A stretch of 25,856 nucleotides of DNA from a virus (lineage: Duplodnaviria > Caudoviricetes), in the IMG/VR virus record IMGVR_UViG_3300032295_002880, positions 1-25,856 of that record. One strand, 5' to 3'. Positions 8,817 to 18,435 of this stretch are shown here, piece after piece; the stretch's first letter is position 1, and each line of letters starts with the position of its first letter. The notes under the pieces were generated by a model. That model searched no databases and was not told the origin of the DNA. It was given only the letters and a program-made list of their open reading frames with translations. The position numbers were made by a program, and so were the translations under genes.

Positions 8817-9512
8817 TTATGGTGCAGTTTGAGTTGGAGGTGTTACTGTAACATCAACTACAATACGTCCACCTGTTTCATTTGCCGTAATAATTACCTT
8901 AGTTGTTTTTGCTGTAGCAATAAGTCTTGATTGACTATTAGGCTCGACTCTGAATGTTTTTCCGACTACTGATACTGAGTTTGCTGTCTCTGCATCACCG
9001 GCCATAGAGTTTTGTGGAGCTGATGATAGACCTGCAATTTCACCACCACTAGCAACACGTAATGTTAGATATGTACTATCGAGCAATGTTGCAGTATAAC
9101 CGAGTACAGAATTCAAACTAGCTTCGTTGATATTATTTCCACCCTTATAACGTGTTTCCGGAGAAATATTCGCTACATCAGATGAAGCATCCGTAGCATT
9201 CACTGTGATAGATGTACTACCAACTGTAATATATGGTATCGCGGTTGTTCCCTTTGGTAATGTAATCAACTTATATTTCATTGATTGTGTTTCATCTGGA
9301 ACGGCTTCTGTTATCGGCATACTTTCAATAACTACACCGTAATAGTCTGAGCCGAGTGGGTGTGCGGGATTCCATAAATCGTAATCCACCTCATCGTCTG
9401 CTAATGCAAACTGTGTGATGTTAAAATTCTGTCTTCCTTTTGCCAGAAGTTCACGCCCCTTCTTTGTAAGGATAGCATCTACTGTAATTGAAGAGTTGTC
9501 TAGATAACCCAT
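8817..9512 (-). CDS. Virion structural protein with a tail-collar-fibre (DUF3751)-like N-terminus and a beta-rich, possibly Ig-like C-terminus
   Basis: 231 aa. Strong SD (AAGGAG) upstream. N-terminal ILTKKGRELLAKGRQNFNITQFALADDE resembles the lT..G...lA......it..avGdg start of P2 gpH/DUF3751-type domains. Confidence 0.65.
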   Translation of the reverse strand: MGYLDNSSITVDAILTKKGRELLAKGRQNFNITQFALADDEVDYDLWNPAHPLGSDYYGVVIESMPITEAVPDETQSMKYKLITLPKGTTAIPYITVGSTSITVNATDASSDVANISPETRYKGGNNINEASLNSVLGYTATLLDSTYLTLRVASGGEIAGLSSAPQNSMAGDAETANSVSVVGKTFRVEPNSQSRLIATAKTTKVIITANETGGRIVVDVTVTPPTQTAP

Positions 9513-9519
9513 TTTGTTA

Positions 9520-9525
9520 CTCCTT
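9520..9525 (-). promoter_or_regulatory. Shine-Dalgarno sequence of the 231-aa gene
   Basis: AAGGAG on the minus strand, 7 nt upstream of the ATG at 9512. Confidence 0.75.
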
Positions 9526-9537
9526 GTTGAATATACT

Positions 9538-9554
9538 GTTACTCATATAAATAT
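9538..9554 (-). promoter_or_regulatory. Candidate late promoter (TATTTATA core)
   Basis: ATATTTATATGAGTAAC lies in the largest intergenic gap of the window. A 15/17 match occurs at 18472-18488. Confidence 0.5.
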
Positions 9555-9569
9555 ACGGTTTCTTTATTT

Positions 9570-12500
9570 TTATATTCCACTATTGGTGAAATTTTGATTC
9601 AAGTTTACTTTGTTCGGATCAACAATAAATACCTCTACCACCGGTTTTCCATCTGGAGAATTTGCCGAGTCCACATTTATATCAGGACCACTCAGTTTAC
9701 ATCCTTCAAATCTATGGTCACGTATCGGTTTTGGTAAATTATGTGGATTTTCAAAGCTTGAACTTGTAAGCGTGTATGAGAAATAATTTCTCTCATCCAT
9801 ATCTTTACTACTTGTGTATGCAAAAACATAAGCACTATAATAACTATCTAATCTGAATGATTGTAGTGTTGAGAATACCGCTTGTGCTTTACCGGAATCA
9901 TTATCTTGTATCGTCCAACCTTCTCCATAACCAATATCAGGGCTGCCTGGTGAATAGAAAACGTTCTCACGTTTGAAAGTATTTGTAAACGAGGTATTTA
10001 CAGTTCCAAATACTGTTGACAAACCAGTTCCAACACCTGATGATATACTACCAAATACTTTACCATATCTGTTATTTTGAATCAGACTAGTGTATGTGGT
10101 ATATATAGAGTTTATTGAACTTGTTGTTACGATTGTTGTCTTATATGGAATAAAGTTACTACGAACAAAATTTGCAAAATGATTGCCTCGTGAACTTGTT
10201 ATTTCCATCTTATATTGTCTTGCAAATCCAGTTGGCAATACTACACTATTATAGTCACCGACTACGTTTATATCCGGTGCTCCCTCAAAACTTATAGGAA
10301 TGTTGGTTTCACCTTCAACTTCTTGATATGAACTTTCGTTTTCAAAACCAATCAAAATCGTAGTTTTATTAGAAGAAACAGAAACTTTTGGTGTTCCAGA
10401 TGAAGAAATTTCATTGGTTCTTTTTACAGTTTCAGTAACTCCACTGAAATTTTTTACTAATCTAACCTTTGACCGTTCAAGAATGTTTGGTTCAACTACG
10501 ATACCAAGAATTTCATTTACACGTGCAGGTAATGTTTGACGTATTTGATCAAATATACTAAAATCAAATTGTGATACAAGTCTAATATATGCAGTAAAAT
10601 CATTCTTATTTGGATATTTTTGCCAGTATTGTCTTGCAAACCATTTTAGTCTTGGGTATTCATCCTTGTTTATATTAGAGTATTCTCCAAAATAATCATC
10701 AATTGACGTATAACCAATTGCCTCATAAATGTCTTCATTGATTATACTTTGAGGCGAAAATGCAACCATCAATTTATTTGAATCAACTGAGAACTTATCA
10801 AATTTAGAAACTTCAGATGATAGATTAGGATCAAGTCCACCAATCAAAGAACCAGAATCTATTCTGACTTTTTCTGCAAATGGTGTATTATTACCAACCG
10901 TTGCAACTTCCATATTATATGTTTCGGTTATAGACTCGAAAGCATCATAATTGAAACCAACAAGAGAAGCTGTTTTTGGTGAAGAATAAAATACATTCAA
11001 ATTTTGATTTGGATGTGAACTAATGATACTCGATGTCAATGTAGTATCAAATTCTTGCCAGAACTTGAACTGTGCCTGTAGGTCATAGAACGATGAGGTC
11101 GCAGTATTTCCATTATATGCACGAGGTGCAAGAACATGGTTATTAAAAGGGGACTCTTTCAATGGTATAGACCAATATCTCAATTCAAAAATTGAACCTG
11201 AGAGGATCTTATTTGTCTGTGGGTTTGAGCCCGAACCAATGTATAACGTTCCATCAGATGACCAAGCTCTATTATAACTGCCGCTCGTACCACCATTTAT
11301 AACAATACTCGCAGATTGTTCAATTACAAGTTTACCATATTTTGCAGTTTTTACAAAAACGTCATAGGTCTGATTTGATGACGTAAAGTCATTACTTACA
11401 TTCCTACGAATCATAAGATTCAGTGGTACATCATCATAGAAATATTGATCATAAAAAGATGCAGATGTATAATTTGTCCCATCACCAATCCAGAACGCAA
11501 GAGTTCCTTTCCCCAAATCAGTTCCTGAATTTTTATCCATCGTCACAAACCAATCAACTCTACTTCCCGATTGCTTTTGTAAAAGTGTTTGTGTTGAATT
11601 ACCGGCATAATTGTAACGTGATTCCGGTTCCATTTTCCATCGGAGTGTAATTGTATCCGGATATTGCCATGAGCCAGTTGGACTAGTTACTTTTTCCCAC
11701 GGAACTCTAACATAACTTGCCGTTGTTGGTGTTGGGAAGGTGCCACGTAGATTTAGATAATACGTATGTTTTTCCCATTCAGCTCTTGGTATGATTCCTA
11801 AATCTGCATTATCTGGTCCTCCGTATTCACGGATAGTCAAAATTGTTTGTGGAATACCATAAGCAGCAAGAAGTGCCTTTATACCACGAGCAGTTCCCTT
11901 TGTTTTATAGATGTATGGAAGATTATTGAAAATACGTCTCCATACTTCTTTTGTTCGTTCTTCATAAGACTTAGCAAGATACTTATTTATCGTTGTTTTT
12001 CCAGTCCAAATTGGTTCTGTACTTCCACTTATACCTAATGCATATTCCCATAAATCTTTTGTTTGTGTACCATGAGATAGAGTCCATCCCAAGTTTCTTG
12101 TTGCATCAAATATGAGATCCTGTGATATACCATCGTTAGGGTGTTCGGTTCTCAAATTCTTTTTTAGTATGTGATCAGTATATAGATACATAATATCAAA
12201 GTGCTGACCTAACATATTTACAAATGTCACCGCTTGTTCACTATCTGTATCTTCACGAATGTGATCAGGAAGAGCTTTTGCCAATGAGTAATAATTTTTT
12301 GCATCATACTCGTCAGCATATGTGAGTACGTTATCTAACCACTCTTCAACAAAAGAAGATGTATATGAGTAGAAATTGAACTTTCCTTCTTTTGTTGCTA
12401 TATCATACGAACTAGCAGTTGCATTCAACTCATATTTTGGATATGGCGATATTGATGCACTAAGCTGATATGTGTAGTTGTAGCTGCCGGTTGAATTATA

Positions 12501-13595
12501 ATAGAGATATTTTTCAAATCCATCAAATCCAGTTATTACCTTGTCTTTTAGAAGTTGAATTTTTACACGGTTAGTTTCTACTGATCCAGTTATTGCGTTT
12601 ATTCTACTTATTTCACCTTTATAAAATTCAATCAACTCCATTTTATATGCAAAGTTGTCTACACGATCTCTTGCATTTGAGTAATAAACAAAGTTTTTGA
12701 ATTCGGTGTAATCAACATTGAGTGTAACTGGTAAATTAGAACCGGAGACATATCTGTTTATAAGTTGTTCTGACGTTTGTACGTTTTCACTTAAAATCTC
12801 TGTCCATGATTTATATTCCGTATCTGATGTTGTCCAATAATCATAATCTACTTCAAAATTTGGCCCCTTTATGTAGGGAATCTCAGGTTCAAACTCTTCT
12901 GGTAAAAGGTTTACCGTATCAATGTAAGGTTTCATCAATCGTATAGAAACCCAACACGTAAAGAATATGTCTAATTCTGGACTAAGTGGTTCGTATAATT
13001 TTACGAAGAATGAAAATGGATCTCCATCTGAAGTTACATTTATAACATCTACGAGTTTATTTTCACCAAAGTTAAGAACAACAGGTGGTATAAATGTTTT
13101 TGGCTTTAGATTTTCAAGAACAAATCTAGCAAGTTGTAGTTTACCATCTTCAGAATCTGCATTTGTCAATGATATTTTTAACTCAGTTCGATCGTCTGAT
13201 ATTTCAGAGATAAACATTTTGTCTTTGGAATCATATGATCCAATAAAATCTCTAAGGAAGTTATAGACTACACGATATTCGGTAGGTGGAACACCTATAT
13301 CTTCAAGGTCTTTATGTACTTGAAGATTTATACTTGGATATTCTTTGTCTTGTACAATTGAATATGTATCAATATTGTATGCAGATTTTACATATAAGAG
13401 ATTACGAAGAAAAACATGCATTTCAACATTGAATGTATTTTTTCCTGTTATTGGATCTATGAAATTTGGATCAAATTCTGGAACAACAGTTCGTTTTTCC
13501 AATAATGCCAAATCTTCCAAAGGAAAGGTTATACCTCTTTTTGGATTATTATCAAGAACAATTTCGTTTATATTTTTGTACTCAAAGTTTGGCAT
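9570..13595 (-). CDS. Large baseplate wedge protein (T4 gp7 / P2 gpI-like) with a LamG-like domain
   Basis: 1341 aa. YIYKTKGTARGIKALLAAYG matches the KGT..gi..ll motif of gpI/gp7-like proteins. LYIGSG..LSGSIFELRYW is LamG-like. It lies downstream of the gp25 and gp6 homologs. Confidence 0.7.
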   Translation of the reverse strand: MPNFEYKNINEIVLDNNPKRGITFPLEDLALLEKRTVVPEFDPNFIDPITGKNTFNVEMHVFLRNLLYVKSAYNIDTYSIVQDKEYPSINLQVHKDLEDIGVPPTEYRVVYNFLRDFIGSYDSKDKMFISEISDDRTELKISLTNADSEDGKLQLARFVLENLKPKTFIPPVVLNFGENKLVDVINVTSDGDPFSFFVKLYEPLSPELDIFFTCWVSIRLMKPYIDTVNLLPEEFEPEIPYIKGPNFEVDYDYWTTSDTEYKSWTEILSENVQTSEQLINRYVSGSNLPVTLNVDYTEFKNFVYYSNARDRVDNFAYKMELIEFYKGEISRINAITGSVETNRVKIQLLKDKVITGFDGFEKYLYYNSTGSYNYTYQLSASISPYPKYELNATASSYDIATKEGKFNFYSYTSSFVEEWLDNVLTYADEYDAKNYYSLAKALPDHIREDTDSEQAVTFVNMLGQHFDIMYLYTDHILKKNLRTEHPNDGISQDLIFDATRNLGWTLSHGTQTKDLWEYALGISGSTEPIWTGKTTINKYLAKSYEERTKEVWRRIFNNLPYIYKTKGTARGIKALLAAYGIPQTILTIREYGGPDNADLGIIPRAEWEKHTYYLNLRGTFPTPTTASYVRVPWEKVTSPTGSWQYPDTITLRWKMEPESRYNYAGNSTQTLLQKQSGSRVDWFVTMDKNSGTDLGKGTLAFWIGDGTNYTSASFYDQYFYDDVPLNLMIRRNVSNDFTSSNQTYDVFVKTAKYGKLVIEQSASIVINGGTSGSYNRAWSSDGTLYIGSGSNPQTNKILSGSIFELRYWSIPLKESPFNNHVLAPRAYNGNTATSSFYDLQAQFKFWQEFDTTLTSSIISSHPNQNLNVFYSSPKTASLVGFNYDAFESITETYNMEVATVGNNTPFAEKVRIDSGSLIGGLDPNLSSEVSKFDKFSVDSNKLMVAFSPQSIINEDIYEAIGYTSIDDYFGEYSNINKDEYPRLKWFARQYWQKYPNKNDFTAYIRLVSQFDFSIFDQIRQTLPARVNEILGIVVEPNILERSKVRLVKNFSGVTETVKRTNEISSSGTPKVSVSSNKTTILIGFENESSYQEVEGETNIPISFEGAPDINVVGDYNSVVLPTGFARQYKMEITSSRGNHFANFVRSNFIPYKTTIVTTSSINSIYTTYTSLIQNNRYGKVFGSISSGVGTGLSTVFGTVNTSFTNTFKRENVFYSPGSPDIGYGEGWTIQDNDSGKAQAVFSTLQSFRLDSYYSAYVFAYTSSKDMDERNYFSYTLTSSSFENPHNLPKPIRDHRFEGCKLSGPDINVDSANSPDGKPVVEVFIVDPNKVNLNQNFTNSGI

Positions 13596-13601
13596 AATTT
13601 A

Positions 13602-15368
13602 TCATCCTATTTTCAACCAACTACCCGATTTGTCAACTACGTTATTTATTTCACTTAGTATTCTCACTATACGAAGTAATAATTCGGGGTCGTTTACATT
13701 CCGTATAAAATTTTGAGCGTATGTTTTTGTTGCACTATCTGATACAATTTTATATGCTGGATCCAATTCCAACACCGCTTTGTTTATTATTGATCTACCA
13801 ACACCCAAACTTCCACCTATATCACGTGACCATTCGTCAAAAACATTTCGTATAACATCACGAAGTTCTTGTATTCCACCTGTGTTTGACGCCAATACCT
13901 TTGCATCTGCAAGAACAGCTGTTGCTTTTGTTTTATCCGTAATAGATGAAACTAATGTTTTGAACTGTGATTTGAATGTGTCATTCCATTTCAATATTTG
14001 ATTTATTTCTTGTCCGGAACCAAAAGAATTACTGTTTGGTGGTGGTGCATCGACCAATACATAATCCAATCGTGTAGGTGGTGATTTTACTTCAAGATTT
14101 TTGAAAATATTTGAAATATTATTGTACTTTGAGTTTGGAATTATATAAATCTTGTCCCATTCTGCAAATATCTGTTTGATAATTTCCGCCGCAGGATTTT
14201 CTGGATCTGGTTCTGGTTCCACAGGTTTTAGAGCGTCTGCAATACCACCAACAGCCTTTTCAAATGCTGCCAATTGTTTTGCTGCCGCTTCTTCTGATTT
14301 CTTAGCCTGTGCTTCAATTTGAGTCGATAGAGCATCGAATGCATCAGTTGTATTTGTAAGTTGTTGTGAAACTTTGCCTTCCAAATCAGCAAGAGTAGCA
14401 TCAATAACTTCATTTAGAGAAATAATAGTTTCGTCTTTTATAGCATTTTCATCAACAATTTGATTGTGTTTATCTGACAGTTCTTCTATAATTCGTGACA
14501 AATCATCAATACCCTCTTGTTTTAGATTCACAATCTCATTCAAATTATCTACTTGATCTGTCAAATTTTCAACTCTCGCCTGTAATGCAGGTACTGAATT
14601 TGATTCTTCTACTATAAGTTTTTTCAAATTTTCAACGAAGTCACGATTATCAACAACACCATCGCCGGTTGCATCCGATGGGAATGTTGTATCAAACTCG
14701 GAAGCTCTTCTAAGAACATTTCTTTCAGCATCAACCGCGTCTTGAAGTTGATTGAATCCTTTATTGACAACATAATTGAAAGTTTCAAGAGTAAATCTTT
14801 CGTCTAATAAATCAACTCGTAATGACCCTTTATTTCTAAGATAGTTATCAAAAGAAATAACTCTACCCAACTCATCTCTAGTTACAGCAACCGTTGTATC
14901 TATATCTTGTTTTGTTTTTTTAGTTAGTTCATCCAATAATGAACGTAGTGATTCAGATGGCAATACACCAGTTTCACTTCCAGTAAGCATCTTTCTTACT
15001 ATAAAATTGAAAAATGGATCAACCGGTTGTGATGTTATACCATCCAATAGGTTTGAAGAATTCTGTATGTTTCCACTATCAATCGCGGCTTGAATTCGTC
15101 TTTGTTCCGCGATATATTTTTTCACATAATCATAATCAGTAGATGATTTGAAATCTTTGAATTTCTGAAGTAATTCATCTTTTTGTTGAAATGTTGTTTT
15201 TGCAACCCCGACTTTATTCTCGAACCCAAGTTTTATATTCTGTGAAGCAAAGTAATCAACAAATTCTTGATTTGTAGCAAATGTCAAGTTTCGAAATCTT
15301 TCGATCAAAGATTCCGCTTGAGTTCTTTCAACATTATACTCAAATAAAAACTGTTCTATTCGAATCAT
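13602..15368 (-). CDS. Hypothetical coiled-coil protein in the baseplate module
   Basis: 588 aa. Central heptad-rich stretch (LQARVENLTDQVDNLNEIVNL...), a PVEPEPDPENP linker and a helical C-terminus. ATGA overlap with the upstream gene. Confidence 0.7.
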   Translation of the reverse strand: MIRIEQFLFEYNVERTQAESLIERFRNLTFATNQEFVDYFASQNIKLGFENKVGVAKTTFQQKDELLQKFKDFKSSTDYDYVKKYIAEQRRIQAAIDSGNIQNSSNLLDGITSQPVDPFFNFIVRKMLTGSETGVLPSESLRSLLDELTKKTKQDIDTTVAVTRDELGRVISFDNYLRNKGSLRVDLLDERFTLETFNYVVNKGFNQLQDAVDAERNVLRRASEFDTTFPSDATGDGVVDNRDFVENLKKLIVEESNSVPALQARVENLTDQVDNLNEIVNLKQEGIDDLSRIIEELSDKHNQIVDENAIKDETIISLNEVIDATLADLEGKVSQQLTNTTDAFDALSTQIEAQAKKSEEAAAKQLAAFEKAVGGIADALKPVEPEPDPENPAAEIIKQIFAEWDKIYIIPNSKYNNISNIFKNLEVKSPPTRLDYVLVDAPPPNSNSFGSGQEINQILKWNDTFKSQFKTLVSSITDKTKATAVLADAKVLASNTGGIQELRDVIRNVFDEWSRDIGGSLGVGRSIINKAVLELDPAYKIVSDSATKTYAQNFIRNVNDPELLLRIVRILSEINNVVDKSGSWLKIG

Positions 15369-16537
15369 CTTGAAACCTTGAAGTAGTAATTGTTATCAAA
15401 GATTTGTGATACATCACCACCACTTGTGTCTACCCGCATCAATACACGATAAAATCGCTCAGGTTGAAACGAATTCATCCAGAGATTGAAGTAATTTCCT
15501 TCAGAGTCACAACTTATTTTAGTACCGGTGGTGTCAAATGGAATGATTATTTCATCTGTACTTGCATCTCTAATTTCATAATATGATGATGTTGGTAAGT
15601 AGTATTTTTGTGTATAATATGATTGAGTAGTATATGTTTTTTGTGGATAACGTGTATACGCATCAATTCTAATTTTTGCCTTTTCTGCCTCAGTATACGA
15701 CTTTTTCAAATCAACACCAATCACAACATCTTCTAATGAAACAGGACTTAGACTACCGGTTGTAAATACAGAATCATCCCAAACTACTTGTAGTCTTGGA
15801 ACATATATTGTATTACTATCGGTACTGAAAAACTTGAGACTGTTTATTGTTTCGTTTGATGACTCTAATTCATTTGAAAACTTAAGAATAAATCCATCAT
15901 TTTCAAATCTACCCGATCCGGTTATCCATTTTTTTACAATAGAACTAACATCCATGTAAATATCAGATGACTCATATGAGAAAGATTGGGTACACGTTGT
16001 GTTTTCAAATGTCCACCAAGTTCCACCACCAACATTTGAAAAATAAGAACCAGTTACACTTGCATAAAGTGCACCAAAAATCAAATTAGCATCTACCCAG
16101 CTATCAGATATTTCATCCCATTCATAGTTTAATCCACCTGTGACTGCGGTTACACCCCAAGTTCTTCCAATTTGTTTTGAGCTTCTATATGTCCATGATA
16201 CACCATCAGTTGTTATAGGTGTATTGAAATATTTCCCCGTCCCATTTACCCATGACCCACTAATTGGATAAGCATATACAGTATATTCCTGTGGTATTTC
16301 TCTTACATCAGCGGTTCTGAGTTGTAGATAATATTTTGCGTTCCGTGATATTTTACCGGAGTTTACTCTAGATTCGATGTCTGAAACATCGAATTTCATA
16401 ACAATACGACTATTATACTTTGATGAACTCCCAACAAGTTCGTGTGACAGCTCTAATATTTGATCTATTCCAGTATTTAGAGATTCTGTTTTTTCATAGA
16501 TAGTTGCATCAAACTTTGGATAAATGGTGTATATCAT
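15365..16537 (-). CDS. DNRLRE/CBM96-like beta-sandwich virion protein
   Basis: 390 aa. The pattern DATIYE..NTGIDQILEL..SRIVMKFDVS..A..YLQL..W..GTG..V..IVKKW..NDGFILK..FFS..PRLQV is typical of DNRLRE-type domains. ATGA overlaps at both ends. Confidence 0.6.
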   Translation of the reverse strand: MIYTIYPKFDATIYEKTESLNTGIDQILELSHELVGSSSKYNSRIVMKFDVSDIESRVNSGKISRNAKYYLQLRTADVREIPQEYTVYAYPISGSWVNGTGKYFNTPITTDGVSWTYRSSKQIGRTWGVTAVTGGLNYEWDEISDSWVDANLIFGALYASVTGSYFSNVGGGTWWTFENTTCTQSFSYESSDIYMDVSSIVKKWITGSGRFENDGFILKFSNELESSNETINSLKFFSTDSNTIYVPRLQVVWDDSVFTTGSLSPVSLEDVVIGVDLKKSYTEAEKAKIRIDAYTRYPQKTYTTQSYYTQKYYLPTSSYYEIRDASTDEIIIPFDTTGTKISCDSEGNYFNLWMNSFQPERFYRVLMRVDTSGGDVSQIFDNNYYFKVSR

Positions 16538-18435
16538 CCGAATGCCCTCACTCTACCAACAATATCATTGTCAGGATATTTGATTTCAAAAATTGATGGG
16601 TCAAGGGATGGGAATATAATACCATCCTTTGTTGCTTTTTCAATATCGTAAGCGTTTGGTGAATAACCAAGTGTTGTATCGTAGTAATTTACAAATCGAA
16701 CACTAACTACTGTTTGTACACCATCAACTCTATCAAGTTCAGTAAAAATGTTACTTATAACAATTGGTTGATTTATTTGCCATCTCTTTATATCAAAGTA
16801 ACGCTTTAGTCTGTCTATACATCTCAAAATAACTTGGTTTCCATTTTGATCTGGTAGCGTGATTATGTCAAACTCAACTCCGATGTTTATTATATAAGCA
16901 TCTTTTATGTTTATGGCATCAGTTAGCATTCTGTGGTGATTGATATACGTTTTTAAGTTTTCCTTTGTTGCATCATTTATACTTGTAAGTTTACTATTTG
17001 CATCATAACCAAGTACATATAAATTCAATGCTAAATCGTTAGCAACTCTATCACTGTTGAAAATAGATTCTTCTGTCAATTGTGTATCTTTTGTGATATA
17101 TGCCTTTGCAATAGAACCGTATCGTTGTGGTAAACTATATGCTCGTATGATGTAATCTTCTTTTGTTACTGCACGATTTTGTGAAGCAAAAGAAGCCAAT
17201 GCATTCTGACGAATTTCATTAATACTTTCGCCATCCATACCACCCGTTGCTGGTTGTGGGTTTGTTGTTGCAAGACTACCAATAACTTGATTATACAGTG
17301 TTGTATCCAATCCCGTTTCGTCTAATGTTATCGTTCTTGTAATAACACGTGTCAAAATTTCTGAACTGACATTATCTCTAACTCCACCACCTTGTGTATA
17401 GTAAACAGTCAGTGTTGTGTTGTTAGGGGCAAGTCCATATGTTTTTGTGTATAAGAAATTTGATGGATCTATGTTTGGTGAAGCTGATGATTCTATTCCA
17501 CTCAGTGAAGATCCAATCAAATCTGGATTAGGTATTATTTCTTCATCATCAAAATCAGAAACACCGGCACCAAAATTTATTTCATATGAACTTGAAAAGT
17601 TATTACCAAATGCTCGTGATGAGAATCTACGTGATACCTTGTTTAGTTTTAAAAGGTATGGAGTTTCATTTCTGTGTAAATTCAGCGAACTATCATTTCT
17701 TGGAATATTTGGAACAGCTTCAAATATAGTATCTTGTGCTAAGTAAGGCACGTGATACCACTTATTTGCGTCAGAATCTATAGCGTATAGAATCTCAATA
17801 ATTCGATCGTCACGTAAAATCACTTTATCATATGGTTTTGGTGAACCAAATACATATTCGGTTGTTTTTATAACCCCCGAAACAGCTTTTACTGATTTCT
17901 TCAGTAGATAAAATGTTGGTTCGTTTGTTATATCGTCGACTTCAAAAATTGTAATTTCAGTTGGATCAAACGAACTACTAAATCTAAAATCTACATACTC
18001 AATAGTTCTAAATTGAATACCATTATCATTTTCCGCTGCAACTTGCATACCAGGTTCTATAGCAAAGGCGTAATTCCAATCTGGTCTGTTATTTACACCA
18101 CTCCCAATTGCAGGTATAATTTGAAACACATCAAGAGAAACATTTGCGGCAACAGATGTCTTGGGAGTATATCCAAATGACTGAGCAAGATTCAAGATAT
18201 TTTGAGTTTCAGACGCTTGTAAAATCATAGATTCTTGTAAAGCAACGTCTGTATAATATGACAATACGTCACCAACGTAGGCTGACATTTCCATGAACAT
18301 CATTCCCGGTGATGACTCGTTGAAATCTTGGTACGAATTTGGAAAATAGTTCTTTGCAAAATCAATAAGATTTTGACGAAGTGTTCCGAAATCTCTAGCA
18401 AGATAACGAATATCTTTTTTTACTAAATCTGCCAT
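16534..18435 (-). CDS. gp6: Baseplate wedge subunit, T4 gp6 / baseplate J-like
   Basis: 633 aa. N-terminal RDF..LRQNL...YQDFNESSPGMMFMEMSAYVGDVLSYY, plus ATGG.D.ES..EIR and QNRAVTKEDY. Directly follows the gp25-like gene. Confidence 0.9.
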   Translation of the reverse strand: MADLVKKDIRYLARDFGTLRQNLIDFAKNYFPNSYQDFNESSPGMMFMEMSAYVGDVLSYYTDVALQESMILQASETQNILNLAQSFGYTPKTSVAANVSLDVFQIIPAIGSGVNNRPDWNYAFAIEPGMQVAAENDNGIQFRTIEYVDFRFSSSFDPTEITIFEVDDITNEPTFYLLKKSVKAVSGVIKTTEYVFGSPKPYDKVILRDDRIIEILYAIDSDANKWYHVPYLAQDTIFEAVPNIPRNDSSLNLHRNETPYLLKLNKVSRRFSSRAFGNNFSSSYEINFGAGVSDFDDEEIIPNPDLIGSSLSGIESSASPNIDPSNFLYTKTYGLAPNNTTLTVYYTQGGGVRDNVSSEILTRVITRTITLDETGLDTTLYNQVIGSLATTNPQPATGGMDGESINEIRQNALASFASQNRAVTKEDYIIRAYSLPQRYGSIAKAYITKDTQLTEESIFNSDRVANDLALNLYVLGYDANSKLTSINDATKENLKTYINHHRMLTDAINIKDAYIINIGVEFDIITLPDQNGNQVILRCIDRLKRYFDIKRWQINQPIVISNIFTELDRVDGVQTVVSVRFVNYYDTTLGYSPNAYDIEKATKDGIIFPSLDPSIFEIKYPDNDIVGRVRAFG

